This document shows positions 39,531 through 52,224 of a stretch of 64,000 nucleotides of DNA, piece by piece. The notes under the pieces are model-generated. The model was not told the DNA's origin. It saw only the letters and a list, made by a program, of their open reading frames with translations, and did not search any database. Source of the stretch: Mobula hypostoma (Eukaryota); the NCBI RefSeq assembly GCF_963921235.1, contig NC_086097.1:124312001-124376000 (forward strand). The letters run 5' to 3'. Both the position numbers and the translations under genes were made by a program. How positions within the stretch are numbered: the stretch's first letter is position 1; each line of letters starts with the position of its first letter.

Positions 39531-40689
39531 ACTGTCATGAAATTTGGTTTTATTTTGCGGCAGCAGTACTGTGCAATACATAAAATCACTGCAGTACTGT
39601 GCAATAGTCTTAGGCTCCCTAGCGATATATATGTGCCTCAGACCTATGCACAGTACTGTATATCAAAACAATGACAGATCTAGAATGGTTCTCTGAGTAG
39701 CAAGCCACATTGAGTGAATCAATGAACATGCTGCGTAGTTTTTGTGGCAGTGAACTTGATAGTCCTAGCTTGTAAGATTTAAGTGTACTATTTGAAACAA
39801 ATTTTGCATCAGTAATAACGTGTATGAGAACAGTTCTGAAACAAAACAGGCAGGAAATGTTCCAAGTGGTTGAAAAGTTGACGTAGTACTTTGCACAACG
39901 TTTCAGAGTAGCAGCCTTGAGGTGAAAGCGAGTTTGGCTGACAGTCATCAGAAGGTGTATGGAACAAGATAACACAGCAATTTATGTTTTATTCCCAAAA
40001 AGTGTGAATTTTACAGAACCCCGATTCAGCCACAAAACAGAGAACAGGAAAGGGGCCAAGGAACTTGAGTGGATGCAGAGTTGATACACCACAAATTCAA
40101 AGTCAAATTCTAAGTAAATTTGTTGTCAAAGTACGTACATACTACATTGAGATTCATTTTCCTTTAGTTATTCACAGGAAAATAAAGAAATACAATAGAA
40201 TTTATGAAAAACTTGACATAAACAAAGACTGACAAACAACCAATGTGGAGAAAATTGGGCAAACAAAAAATACTAAGAATATGAGTTGTCGAACCCTTGA
40301 AAGTGAGTCTGTAGGTTTTGGGATTAGTTCAGAGTTGAGGTGAGTGATGTTATCCACGCTGGTCAGGAGCCTGATGTTGTAGGGTGATAACTGCTAGTGT
40401 GAGACCAAGGGATTTTTGGCCACAAGTTGTGGAGAGAGAATCTGGGATTGTTTTCCTTAGAACAGAGGAATTTCAAGGGAAGATTTGACAGGCATGATGT
40501 TTAGAAAAGGTAGACAAAGGAATGCTGTTCCCATTATTTTTGTTTAAAATGACATTAATAAGATCAGATAAGGGGGGACTTTGAACACCTTGCAGATGAA
40601 CCACTTGAAATACATATGCATGTATTGAATGCAATTGTGTACATCTTTATTTTAGGGGTATGAGATGCCTTGCTCCATTTATATGGTAG

Positions 40690-41085
40690 TACAAAGTACC
40701 CCTTATCTAAAATGCTTGGGGCCAGAAGTGTTTTGGATTTTGGAATATATAATGAGGTAGCTTGGGATCACCATCATCTCTGGCTCTGAGTTTATGTGCT
40801 ACCAGTAAGCAAGCTTTGTCTCACACTTCTCCATCGCACATATGTATCTAACAGTAAAAATTCTTACATGCCATTAATGTAATGAAAATATAATGGGTGC
40901 AGGGTAACAAAAGCAGAGCAGCAGCATCGGGAGAATACTTGAATCAGCTGCTGAACAACAGACAATGACAGGCTTTCAGTTTCCACCCACGATGCCGTGG
41001 TTTGATTAAAATGTTTCAGTACACTGTATTTGTATTTTACTTCTTTTTAGGTTTTACATAAGGTATAAAAGCCATCAGCTTAGTG
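40690..41085 (+). mobile_element. Probable Tigger/pogo-type non-autonomous transposon end
   Basis: 'ccccttatctaaaatgcttggggccagaagtgttttggattt' resembles Tigger4/MER46-type termini (from recall); no partner TIR found. Confidence 0.45.
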
Positions 41086-41194
41086 TTGAGGCCAAATAGC
41101 CTCATCTGACCACAAGACCTTCATCCACATCTTTACAATATCTTCTAAGTGGCACTATGGTAAGTCTTTATGGGAATGGATATTTTTTAGTAGT

Positions 41195-41860
41195 CCTTGT
41201 GACATAAACCTAATACTGTGCATCACCCAAGTAACACCATCCCTACTGTAAAGTTTGGTGGAGGTAGCATCATGCTATGGGGGTGCCTTGTAGCAGCAAG
41301 CACTGATCAGGAATGATGGGAAGATGAATGCTGTTAAATACAGAGGGACTTCGGATAAAACCTGCTAGCCTCTGCCAGAAGGCTTAAACTGGAGAGTAAA
41401 TTGGTCTTTCAGCCAGACAATGACCTAAAGCACACTGCCAGAGCAAACATGGGGTGGCTTCAAATAAAGAAAACTGATGTCCTTGAGTGGCCCAGTCAGA
41501 GTCCTGACCTTAACCTGATTGAATATCTCTGGCAAGACCTCAAGATTGCTGTCCAATGCTGGTCCCCAACTAACCTGCCACAGCTTGAGCAATTTCACAA
41601 GGAGGAATAGGTAAATCTTGCTTCAAGCAACACACATCAAAGTTGCTGGTGAACGCAGCAGGCCAGGCAGCATCTCTAGGAAGAGGTGCAGTTGACGTTT
41701 CAGGCCGAGACCCTTCGTCAGGACTAAATCTTGCTTCATCACATTTTGCAAAGTTAATAGAGACTTATCCAAAAAGAAGACTGGCTGAAATAGCTGCGAG
41801 AGGTGGTTCTACTAAGTACTGAGCAAAGGGGGATGAATACTTTTGAACTGCTGGCGTTTC
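41195..41860 (+). mobile_element. Tc1/mariner transposase C-terminal remnant
   Basis: [36 protein letters not shown] (DD34E region); 'gatgaatacttttg' inner repeat at ~41833. Confidence 0.9.
41626..41724 (-). mobile_element. 99-bp Penelope-derived insertion carrying a hammerhead motif, 14-bp TSD
   Basis: TSD taaatcttgcttca at 41612-41625 and 41725-41738. Minus strand reads agtc-CTGACGA-agggtctcggcct-GAAAC-GTC-aactg. Confidence 0.85.
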
Positions 41861-41914
41861 AGGTTTTGAAGCTTTAATTTCTCATGCTCTACAATTTTCC
41901 CTGTTTTCTGGGCT

Positions 41915-43890
41915 CTTCTCTTCTCATAATGTGGTGATTAGAACTGCACACAATACTGCAAATGTGGTCTAACCAAAATTTTTGTGCAGTTACAACATGA
42001 CTTCTCCACTTCTATACTCACCAGCCCAACTGATAAAGGCAGGTATGCTGTCCTCCTTCTTTATTACCCTATCTACTTGTGTTGCCACTTTCACAGAGCT
42101 AAGGATTTGCACTCTAAAATCCCTCAATTCTCCCAAGAGTCCTGCCACTTACTATATACTTCCTTCTTGAATTTGACCTCCTAAAATGTAACAATTCACA
42201 CTTCCCTTGATAAAAAGCCATCAGCAACTTGTCTGTCCATATTTCTAACTGGTCCATATCCCACTGAATCCTTGTTCAACCTTCCTCACTATCCACAAAT
42301 CTGCAAAATGTTGTGTCATCTGCAAACTTAATAATTGGCCCAGCAAAATTTATATCCAAATCGTGATCCCTACATGATACCACTGATTCTAGATCTTCAA
42401 TCAGAATAACACACCTTCACCCTGTGTCTTCTATAGACAAGCCAATTTTGAATCCATCTACCAAGTCACTACAGCACAGAAATAGGCAGTTTGGCCCATC
42501 TATTCAGTGCTGAACTATTATTGTCAATGAGTCTCCATGGATCTCCTGTACCTTAATCTTTTGGGTCAGTCATCCATGAGGGGGTCATGTTGAAGATATA
42601 TACTGGATCCATTGGCCTGCTATAATCAATTCATTTTTTTCCTCAAAAAATTCAAGTTTGTAAGACATAAACTCCCCCAAACATAGCTATGCTATTTATC
42701 CTCTACATTTTCCAGCTAAAAGTAGATGCTACCCCTAGGAACCTTCTCCAGTAGTTTACCAAATATTGCTCTAAGGCACACGGGCCTATAACTTCCTGTA
42801 CTTTTTCCCTTTTACCCTTCTTAAACAGAGGAACAACATTGGCTCTTAGACAACAATCTCATAGTTTTCTGGTAATGATAATTGTTGCATGGTTTCTTAA
42901 GAAAGATAAGAAATGGGAGCAGAAGTAGGCCATCTGGTCCATCAAGCTGTTGATTCAATGAGATCATGGCTGATCCGACCAGGGACTCAGCTTCACCTAC
43001 CTCCTTTCTTCCATAACCCTAAATTCCTCTGCTGTGCATAAATCTATCTAACTGTGTCTTAAATGTATTTAATGAGGTGGCTTCCATGGCTTCCCTGAGC
43101 AGATGCATTACTCTCTGGGAAAAGCAGTTCCTCCTCATCTCCGTCCTAAATCTATTCCCCCAAATCTTAAGGCTACGCCCCCTAGTTCTAGTCTCACTCA
43201 CCAGTGGAAGCAACTTTGCTGCCTCTATCTTACATATCCCATATATATATATATATATATGTTTCTATTACAGTATTCTCATTCTTCTGAATTCCAGCAA
43301 ATATAGTCCCGGGTAACTCAATCTCTCCTCTTAGGTTAACCCTTTCATCTCTGGAATCAACCTTGTGAGCCTTTCTGATCTTACTTACATGAATTTAAAT
43401 GTCAAAAAGATTCATGTTATAATGACAGTCTGGTGATTTCATCCAGGTGAAGCCTGGATTAGAGAGCGTCTCTTATAAGGATAGGTTGAGTGAGCTAAGG
43501 CTTTTCTCTGTGGAGCGAAGGAGGATGAGAGGTGACTTGATAGAGATGTACAAGTTGGTAAAAGGCATGGATTGAGTGGAGAACCAGAGACTTTAACCCA
43601 GGGTGGAAATGGCTCTTTTAAGGGGGAATAATTTCAATGTGACTGGAAGAAAGTACAGTTGAGATGTCCGAGGTAAGTTTTTATACAGAGGGTGGTGGGT
43701 GCATGGAATGCCCTACCAAGGGATGCGGTAGAGGGAGATACATTAGGGACTTTGCTTAGGTAGGCATATGGATGACAGAAAAATGCAGAGCTATGTAGGA
43801 AGGAAGGGTTAGATTGATCTTAGGATATGTTAAAAGACTGGTACAACATCGTGAACTGAATGTTCTGTACTGTGCTGTGTTCTATGTTCT
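41915..43890. mobile_element. Cluster of old CR1 fragments (41915-43370 minus; 43450-43890 plus)
   Basis: TRGRSLKI..FRTEMRRNCFSQRV; 'gagaggtgacttgatagag' (RGDLIE); antisense KFADD. Confidence 0.7.
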
Positions 43891-44649
43891 AAAATCATAA
43901 TAAAAAAATTACAAGAATAAACTATGTAATGCCTTTCATTCTTACATTCATAGAAAATACATTATGCAGTGTTCAATAACATTTCTTAACACTAATAGTT
44001 CTGTTGCTACTCATGGGGCTTCCTGGGGGGGGGGTACACTACTGCAATATTTCAGAGGCTTCCTCGCCCAGACCGGCGCCTCCCTGTCCAGTCGAGGAAG
44101 AACTTCCCCCACTGAGCCCTTGAGGTGCTTACACTGACCTGCAAGTAATATTGCACCTTCAAGAAAAGAATGGCGTCTTGCCATCATTGAGAGGCAACAG
44201 CTAAACTTGAGACCCATAAGATACGAGGCATCTTTAATTAGAGATGGCAGCCCTTTAAGAGCTGCTGACTCACTAGAAAGCACTCTGCTCTCGGCATGCC
44301 TGAACATCTGCCAACAGAAGTAAAGAGCACAGGGTCAGCCGGGCCTACGCGCACATCAAGTCCACAAGGCCTGCCAGTATGTGAGGAATATCAACTCCAT
44401 CGACCGCCCTCTGAGGCGTTTGCAAAACAGAAACAATGAAACATTTAAATGCAAATTGTTTTAGGGGGTGTTGCATGAGTGAAGAGGTTTTTGTAATATC
44501 CCTTTCTACACACAGTGGCCACTTTATTAGGTACACCTGTACAACTGCTTATTAATCTAATCACCCAATCATGTGACAGCATATATGAGGAGAATGGCCA
44601 GGCTGGCTCAAACTGACGGGAAGGCAACAGCAACTCAAATAACCGAGAG

Positions 44650-45600
44650 GTAAGGATAAGAAGGTGGAAGGAGGGGAGGGAGTACAAGCTAGAAGGTGAT
44701 AGGTGAAGCCATTTGGTGGGGGGAGGGGCGATGAAGTGAGAAGCTGGGCAGGAAAGGTAAAGGACTAGAGAAGAAGGACTCTGATGGGGGATGAGAGTGG
44801 ACGATGGGGGAAAGGACAGTAGGGCAGGAGTGATAGGTGGATGAGGAGAAAGGGTAAGAGGGGACCAGAGTGGGGAATAGAAAGAGAGGGAAGGGAATGG
44901 AGAAGAATTACCAAAAGGTAACAAAATCAATATTCATGCCATCAGTTTGGAGACTACCCGGATGGGCTATGAGGCGTTGCTCTTCCAACCTGAGAGTGGC
45001 CTCATCATGGTAGTAAAGGAGGCTGTGAACCAACATGCCAGAATGGGATGAGGATTGGAATTAAAATGGTTGGCCACCTGGAAATTCTGCTTTCAGCAAA
45101 TGGAGTGAAGGTGCTGAACAAAGCGGTCTTCCATCCGATGTCGGGTCTCACCAGTGTAGAGGAGACCATGTCAGGGGCACCAGATACAGTAGATGGCCCC
45201 AACAGAGTCACAGGTGAGGACTGTCTGGGGCACTGAACGGAGGAGAGGGAGGAGGTGAAAGGCAGGTGTAGCACTTCTTCCACTTGCAGGGAAAAGTGCC
45301 AGGAGGGAGATTAGTGTGGCGGGACGATGGAATCATGGAGGTAGCGATCCCTGCGGAACTTGGAGAGTTGAGGTGGGATCCCATCGAAGACGGTGGAAGT
45401 TGCGAGAATGATGTGCTGGGTGTGGAGGTTCATGAGGTGATAGCTGAGGACAAGAGGAGCTCTATCTCTGTTAAGGGAGGGAAAATGGGATGAGGGTGTA
45501 TGTCTGGGAAATAGAGGAGATGCTAGGGTTGTCTATTGTATCCGGTACTCCCAATATAGCCCCCTCTCTATTGGTGAGACCCTCCAGCATGCTGCGTGTA
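44650..45600 (-). mobile_element. Penelope-like element GIY-YIG/3' region
   Basis: Minus-strand 'ctctacactggtgagacccgacatcg' (LYTGETRHR) and downstream RLEEQ motif. Confidence 0.75.
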
Positions 45601-45889
45601 TTGCACCGTACCAGTGTTGTCTGTGCTGTTGTATAGCCTTAAGGAGACTTCTTTTTTGTTGAAATAGAAAGAGGACGTACCCACTGGTTACAATGAGTTT
45701 CATTTCTACTGAGCAATACTCAATTGAATCAACTCTACTCAATCGGCTTTTGTCTAGAATGAGCAACATAAAACTGTCTGATTAATTTGTATAAATATCA
45801 CTTAATTTGTAATTCAAAGTGCATTCCAAATTTACTGTATGAACGAGCTTTGTTTGGAATTTCGAGCATATCCTATTACACAATAAATA

Positions 45890-46458
45890 CATTCAGTGGC
45901 CACTTTATTAGGTATCCTCAGTACCTAATAAAATGACCATTGAGAGTATGTTCACAGTCTTCTGCTGCTTTAGCCCATCCCACTTCAAGATCCGACTTGC
46001 TGTGCGTTCAGAAATGCTCTTTCTGCACACCACTGTTGTAACGGGTGGTTATTTGAGTTACTGTCATCTTCCTGTCAGCTTGAACTATTCCCCTCTGACC
46101 TCTCTCATTAATAAGGCATTTTTGCCTACAAAACTGCCACTCACTGGATTTTTTCTTTGTTGCTTTTTGCGCCATTTTCTGTTGTTGCTGGACACTTTTG
46201 TGCATGAAACTCCCAGGGGATCAACAGTTTCTAAGATACTCAAACCACCGTCTCTGGCACCAACAATCATTCCATGTTCAAAGTCACTTAGATCTTATTT
46301 CTTTCCCTTTCTGATGTTTGGTCTGAACAACAACTGAACCTCTTGACTATGTCTGCATGATTTAACACACTGGGTTGTTGTCACATTAGACAGAGCAGCT
46401 AATTAGATATTTACATTAACGAGCAGGTGTACAGGTGTACCTAAGTGGCCACTGAGTG
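45890..46458 (-). mobile_element. Non-autonomous Tc1 element with both TIRs and TA TSD
   Basis: ta|CATTCAGTGGCCACTT ... AAGTGGCCACTGAGTG|ta; N-terminal HTH remnant MIVGARDGGLSILET. Confidence 0.88.
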
Positions 46459-46507
46459 TAAATCTGGCAACTGTATAGAAACAGTACCACTGTGGTTTGG
46501 AAGTCAT

Positions 46508-46802
46508 TAAAGTCTGTCACGAGCCTTGTGGCCCATCAGGCCGGTGCTTATGCCGTTTTCCGTGGTGTGAAGTGACTGAGAGTACAAGACTCCCCCCACC
46601 CCCCCCGCCGGATAGGACGCCAGTCTATCGCGAGGTTAACCCCCAGCATTTTTGCCGGTACCCATTCCTCAGCTGAGTAGACTGGAGCATTGTGTAGTTA
46701 AGTGCCTTGCTCAAGGACATACACGCTACCTCGGCCGAGGCTCGAACCCACAACTTTCAGATTGCTAGTCCAACGCCCTAACCACTTGGCCACGTACCAC
46801 AC
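46508..46802 (-). mobile_element. Full-length tRNA-derived SINE with CORE-like domain, 12-bp TSD
   Basis: Minus: TGGCCAAGTGG (A box), GGTTCGAGCC (B box), 'gtccttgagcaaggcacttaac..gaatgggtacc'; TSD tttggaagtcat at 46496-46507 and 46803-46814. Confidence 0.88.
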
Positions 46803-47777
46803 TTTGGAAGTCATGGTTCTTATCAAAATTTTATGCTGTTGTTTTGATAATCATGTCATAACAGGATGATTTATTGATGTCAAATTCCAGAAGGAAAATG
46901 TTGCCATGTGTATGTTATTGGTAATTTTTACCAGACAAATGCAGTGCCTTATCAGGCACCAGATATCCAGAGGTCCTTAAGACCATTAGGCCATAAGACA
47001 CAGAAGCAGAATTAGGCCATTTGGCCCATCGAAAATGCTCTGCAATTCTATTATAACGGAGTGGGATAATTCAGTTTATTTTGTTACCCATCCCCTTTTT
47101 CTCACAATGCCTGAGCAAGCTTAGTTAGGATCTTGGATTACAGGTTGTCATCACCCAACCTGCTTTTCTTCATGGGTGGAATTCTGGAAGAGCAATGGCC
47201 TGTGGAGGAATCATGGTGAAGCCTAACTCTGTTCTGACACAAGGTCTAACCGACACAAGGACCAACCATTCAGAATCATTAGAAGAGGGACTAAACACTG
47301 AGACTGAAATTGTTGCTCCCTGCCCTCTCTTGTCAAGAGCAGTGAGGCTCATTGTCGAGCGGCTGTTGACCTGGCAGGGACCAATTAGCAGTATAGATAA
47401 GAAATCGAAGCTGGGACTTCATCGAAGTTCAAAGTAAGGTTATTATCAAAGCACATAGACTGTACGTCACCATACCCTACCCTAAGATTAATTTTCTTGC
47501 GGGCATTCACAAGAAATACAATAGAATAAATGATAAACTACACACAAATAAAGACTGACAAAAACCATGTGTAAAGAAAGACAAATACAAGAAGAATTCA
47601 ACAATAATGATATTAAATAAGTAAGTAGATATATAGTGTTAAGAATATGAATCGAGTTCCTGGTGGTGTGGGCCCCAAGGTTCCTGCACCTTCTTTCAGT
47701 GAGAAGAGAGCATGGCCTAGGTGGTGGGGATCCCTGATGATGGATACTGCTTTCCAACGACAGGGCTCCTTGTAGAT

Positions 47778-47995
47778 CATTAGCATAATGCATTACAGCA
47801 CCGGTGATCCAGGTTCAATTCCCATCGCTGTCCTGTAAGGACTTCGTACGTTCTCCCCATGTCCGCATGGGTTTCCTCCCGGTGCACTGGTTTCCTCCCA
47901 CGTTCCAAAAATGTATGGGTCGTAGTTAATAAGTCACATGGGTGCAATTGGGCTCATCTGGCAGAAGGGCCTGTTACTGTGCTACATCTCCAACG
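47778..47995 (+). mobile_element. V-SINE-like element
   Basis: B box GGTTCAATTCC followed by 'gttctccccatgtccgcatgggtttcctcc..tggtttcctcccac'; relatives at ~50450-50655 and ~53415-53530 (minus). Confidence 0.75.
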
Positions 47996-48037
47996 GATGA
48001 ATGAATTATTTATTCAACGCTGAGAACACGGTCTACT

Positions 48038-48595
48038 TGAACAACACACATCAAAGTTGCTGGTGAACGCAGCAGGCCAAGCAGCATCTCTAGGAAGAGG
48101 TACAGTTGACGTTTTGGGCCGAGACCCTTCGTCAGGACTAACCGAAGGAAGAGCTCGTAAGAGATTTGAAAGTGGGAGGGGGAGGGGGAGATCCAAAATG
48201 ATAGGAGAAGACAGGAGGGGGAGGGATGGAGCCAAGAGCTGGACAGGTGATTGGCAAAAGGGATATGAGAGGATCATGGGACAGGAGGCCCACGGAGAAA
48301 GAAAAGGGGGAGGGGGGGAGAAAACCTAGAGGTTGGGCAAGGGGTATAGTCAGAGGGACAGAGGGAGAAAAAGGGGAGAGAGAGAAAGAATGTGTGTGTA
48401 TGTAAATAAATAATGGATGGGGTACGAGGGGGAGGTGGGGCATTAGCGGAAGTTAGAGAAGTCAATGTTCATGCCATCAGGTTGGAGGCTACCCAGACGG
48501 AATATAAGGTGTTGTTCCTCCAACCTGAGTGTGGCTTCATTTTTACTGTAGAGGAGGCCATGGATAGACATGTCAGAATGGGAATGGGACATGGA
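48038..48595 (-). mobile_element. Penelope-like element 3' end, same subfamily as 41626-41724
   Basis: 48041-48138 nearly identical to 41628-41725; RLEEQHLIFRLGSLQPDGMNIDF on the minus strand. Confidence 0.85.
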
Positions 48596-49207
48596 ATCTA
48601 CTTGAAAGTGGGTCTGCAAGTTGTGGAATCAATTCAGATTTGAGGTGAGTGAAGTTATCCTTATTGGTTCAGAAGCCTGATGCTTGTAGGGTAATAGCTG
48701 TCCCTGCACCTGGTGGTGTGGGACCTCAGGCACCTGCAGCAGTGAGGAGAGAGCATGGCCTGGATGGTGGGGGTATCTGATGACAAGTGCAGCTTTCTTG
48801 CAGCAACACTCCTTTGTAAGTGTGCTGAATGGTGATGGGGAGGGTTTCTTTCTGTGATGGACCTGGCTGCATCAACTGCTTCCTTCTACAACTTCAAACC
48901 TCCAAACATGAAGAATAGCTACTCGATCAATTACTGGCCAAGGGAGACTTGAGCATGAAGAAGAATCTGGTTAGTTTATCAAGACCCATAAATCTGTTTA
49001 GGAAGTAAATGGAACAAAAACATGATGTGATAATGATTGTGAAATGGGAAGAGGACAGAGGAGGAACTGCAAAGTAAACACACACTATAAATTATGAGAA
49101 TTGGGGTCATTTTATGAAGTATCTAACTGAGTACAGTAATTTCTGCAGAATGAGGAACAAGTTATTTACACCCTAAACAAAAAAAAATGCAAAATGTTAA
49201 GTAAACA

Positions 49208-49721
49208 TACTTTCAGTGGCCACTGAGTATATGTTCATGGTTTTCTGCTGCTGTAGCCTGTCCACTTCAAGGTTCGACATGTGTGTTCAGAGATGCTCTT
49301 CTGCACACCACTGATGTTACGTGTGGTTATTTGAGTTACTAATGCCTTCCTGTTAGCTTGAACTCTCCTGGCCATTCTCCTCTGACCTCTCTCATTAACA
49401 AGATGTTTTTGCCCACCGAACTGCTGCTCACTGGATTATTTTTGTTTTTGCACCATTCTCTGTAAACTCTAGAGAGTGTTACGCATGAAAATCCCAAGAG
49501 TTTCTGAGATACTCAAACCACCATGTCTGGCACCAACAGTCATTCCATGGTTAAAGTAATCTAGATCACATTTCTCCCCTGTTCTGACATTTGGTCTAAA
49601 CAACAACTGAATATCTTGACCATGTCTGCACGCTTTTATGCATTGATTTGCTGCCACATGATTGGCTGATTAGATATTTACATTAATGGGCAGATGTACC
49701 CAATAAAATGGCTACTGAGTG
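49208..49721 (-). mobile_element. Non-autonomous Tc1 element
   Basis: Collinear with 45890-46458; GMTVGARHGGLSISET. Confidence 0.82.
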
Positions 49722-50874
49722 TATGTACCAGTAAAGGAATACTTTCAGTAGGCATTTGAACAAAAATAAACAATGAACAAGAGCAGATAAAAGATATATA
49801 ATCCTTTGGATCCATTTCAGCATTCAATAATATCTTTACTGACCTTATCTCGACCATTCCTGTCCAATCCCGCAATCTTTGACATCCCTGTAATCCAACA
49901 ATATATATATATATTTGAATGTATATTCAGAGACTCAGGAATATAACTCTCAGGGATAAAGGAATCACAGGTTTCTTAATTCTTCTCCATCTCAGTCTCA
50001 AATGGGCAGCCACTAACTATGGCACTTAGCTATAGATTGCCCAAGAGCACCAACACATCCTCATACCATCAAACCTGCCAGTCCCCCACCGAACAAGATC
50101 AATGATCATTCTTCTAAACTCCAAAGAGTCTAGGCCAGCCTCTTCACCTTTCCTCGTGAGACAACCACCTGATGTGAGAAATTAAACTAGTGAGCCTTCT
50201 TTGAGCTGACTCCAAAGAAGGGAAATGCCTCTTTCATTTCAGAAGAATGGTTTGGGTCTCCTGCTTTTGTGCTCAATGCCCTTTGTAATATAGGCCAACA
50301 TTTTGTTTACCTTCTTAACTAGTCACTGCATCTGTGTGATAATTCACTGTGTCTCACTCATGAGGATGTACAGATCTCCTTGTATAGCAGCATCCCGTAT
50401 TCACTGTCCATTTAAACAAACTCTATTGATTTATTTAGAGATTTAAAGTGACAGACACAGGAGCCAACCCAATTACACCCATGTGACGAACTAACTTACT
50501 AACCTGAGTGTCTTTGTAATGTGGGAGGAAGCCAGAGCACTGTGGGAAACCCACGAGTCACAGGGAGAACATACAAATTCCTTACAAATAGCAGCAGAAT
50601 TGAACCCCGATCGCAGGAGCTGTACTGCGGTACACTAAAATCTACACACTGTGCCCCTCGGGTATATCATATTATTGCACAATTCCACGCATTGTACTCT
50701 ATCTGGGAGTTTTTCCCCCCATTTATTTAACCTATATGTATCCTACTGCAAAGTCAGTTGCCAATCTATTGGATGGCTGCATTTTGTGTCACTGCCCAGC
50801 AATGGTCAAATTCTGGTTTGTGATAATGTTCTGATTTACACCTGGAGACAAAGATTAGCTTTATCGATTTACAT

Positions 50875-51480
50875 AGAACATAGTACATAGAAATTTACAG
50901 CACATTACAGGCCCTTCGGCCCACGATGTTGTGTCAACTGTGTAACTCACTCTAGAGACTGCCTAGAATTTTCCTTAGGTATAGCCCTCTATTTTTCTAA
51001 ACTCCATGTACCCATCTAAGAGGCTCTTAGAGGACCTTATTGTATTCGCTTCCACCACTGCCACCGGCAGTGCATTCCACGCACCCACCACTCTCTGTGT
51101 GAAAAACTTACCCCTGACATCCTCTTGGTACCTATTTCCAAGTACTGTAGAACTATGCCCCCTCGTGTTAGCCATTTCAGCCCTGGGAAAAAGCCTCTGA
51201 CTATCCACACGATCAATGCTTCTCATCAACTTATACACCTCTATCAGGTCACCTCTCGTCCTCCGTCGCTCCAAGGAGAAAAGGCCAAGTTCACTCAACC
51301 TATTCCCATAAGGTATGCCCTCCAATCCAGGCAACATCCTTGTAAATCTCCTCTGCCTCTCTCTATTGTATCCACATCCTTCCTCTAGTGAAGTGACCAG
51401 AACTGAACACAGTACTCCAAGTGGGATCTGACCAAGGTCTTATATAGCTGTAACATTACCTCACAGTTCTTGAACTCATT
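50875..51480 (-). mobile_element. CR1 3' fragment (ORF 50975-51337)
   Basis: RLSELGLFSLERRRTRGDLIEVYK..TRGH..FFTQRVVGAWNALP. Confidence 0.88.
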
Positions 51481-52224
51481 TGACTTATTTGTCAGATGTA
51501 CATTGAAATGTACAGTAGAGAGTCATTCTTGTGTCAAATCAAATCAGCGAGGAATGTGCTGTGCTGTCCACAAGTTTTGCTATGTATCCAGAGCCAACAT
51601 GGCATGCTTACAATTCACTTACCCAAAGGCATACACCTTTTGGAATGTGGGAGGAAACCAAAGCACCCAGAGGAAACCCTTGCACACTGTTCCTACTAAG
51701 CTGTGCAGTTGTGCGGCGCTGCAGTAACTGAAATGCTCTCGCGCACATTGCCTTCGTTGCCGTGCAGCTGGGATTTTCTTTTATAAAATGTCAATATAGT
51801 TTTGTAATTAAACTAAGATAATTTTGAAATCTATGTTAATATAATTGTGAAATACCCTGTAATTAATTGTGTTAATGAATATAATCCATAAATTTTCTCA
51901 ATAATAAATGTACCACAACATTTTAGAGCTTCAACATAATTACATTGTCCATGTTTCAAGTTACAACACTGTTACAAATTATAACAATAAATACAGAATG
52001 GAAGTCAGTAGCTCATTGTTAATAAACCGCTGGCCTGCTGAATGCCAACGCCGTCTAAGTTTACAAAACTTGAAAGGTTTTCTTTGTTGTGCTGTACTTC
52101 ATTATACCCTTCAGCTAATAATTTAAATCAAAAGTATGTGATTTTTCAATTTTCATTCCAAATATTCGTAGTATGCATATTACCAAAAATGAACAATTAA
52201 AGTGCCATATCATAAAAAAGAGAA

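Noticed and set aside
44056..44123. Plus-strand terminal exon (..ASSPRPAPPCPVEEELPPLSP*)
   Set aside because: Weak pyrimidine tract, no upstream partner exon, no recognisable protein.
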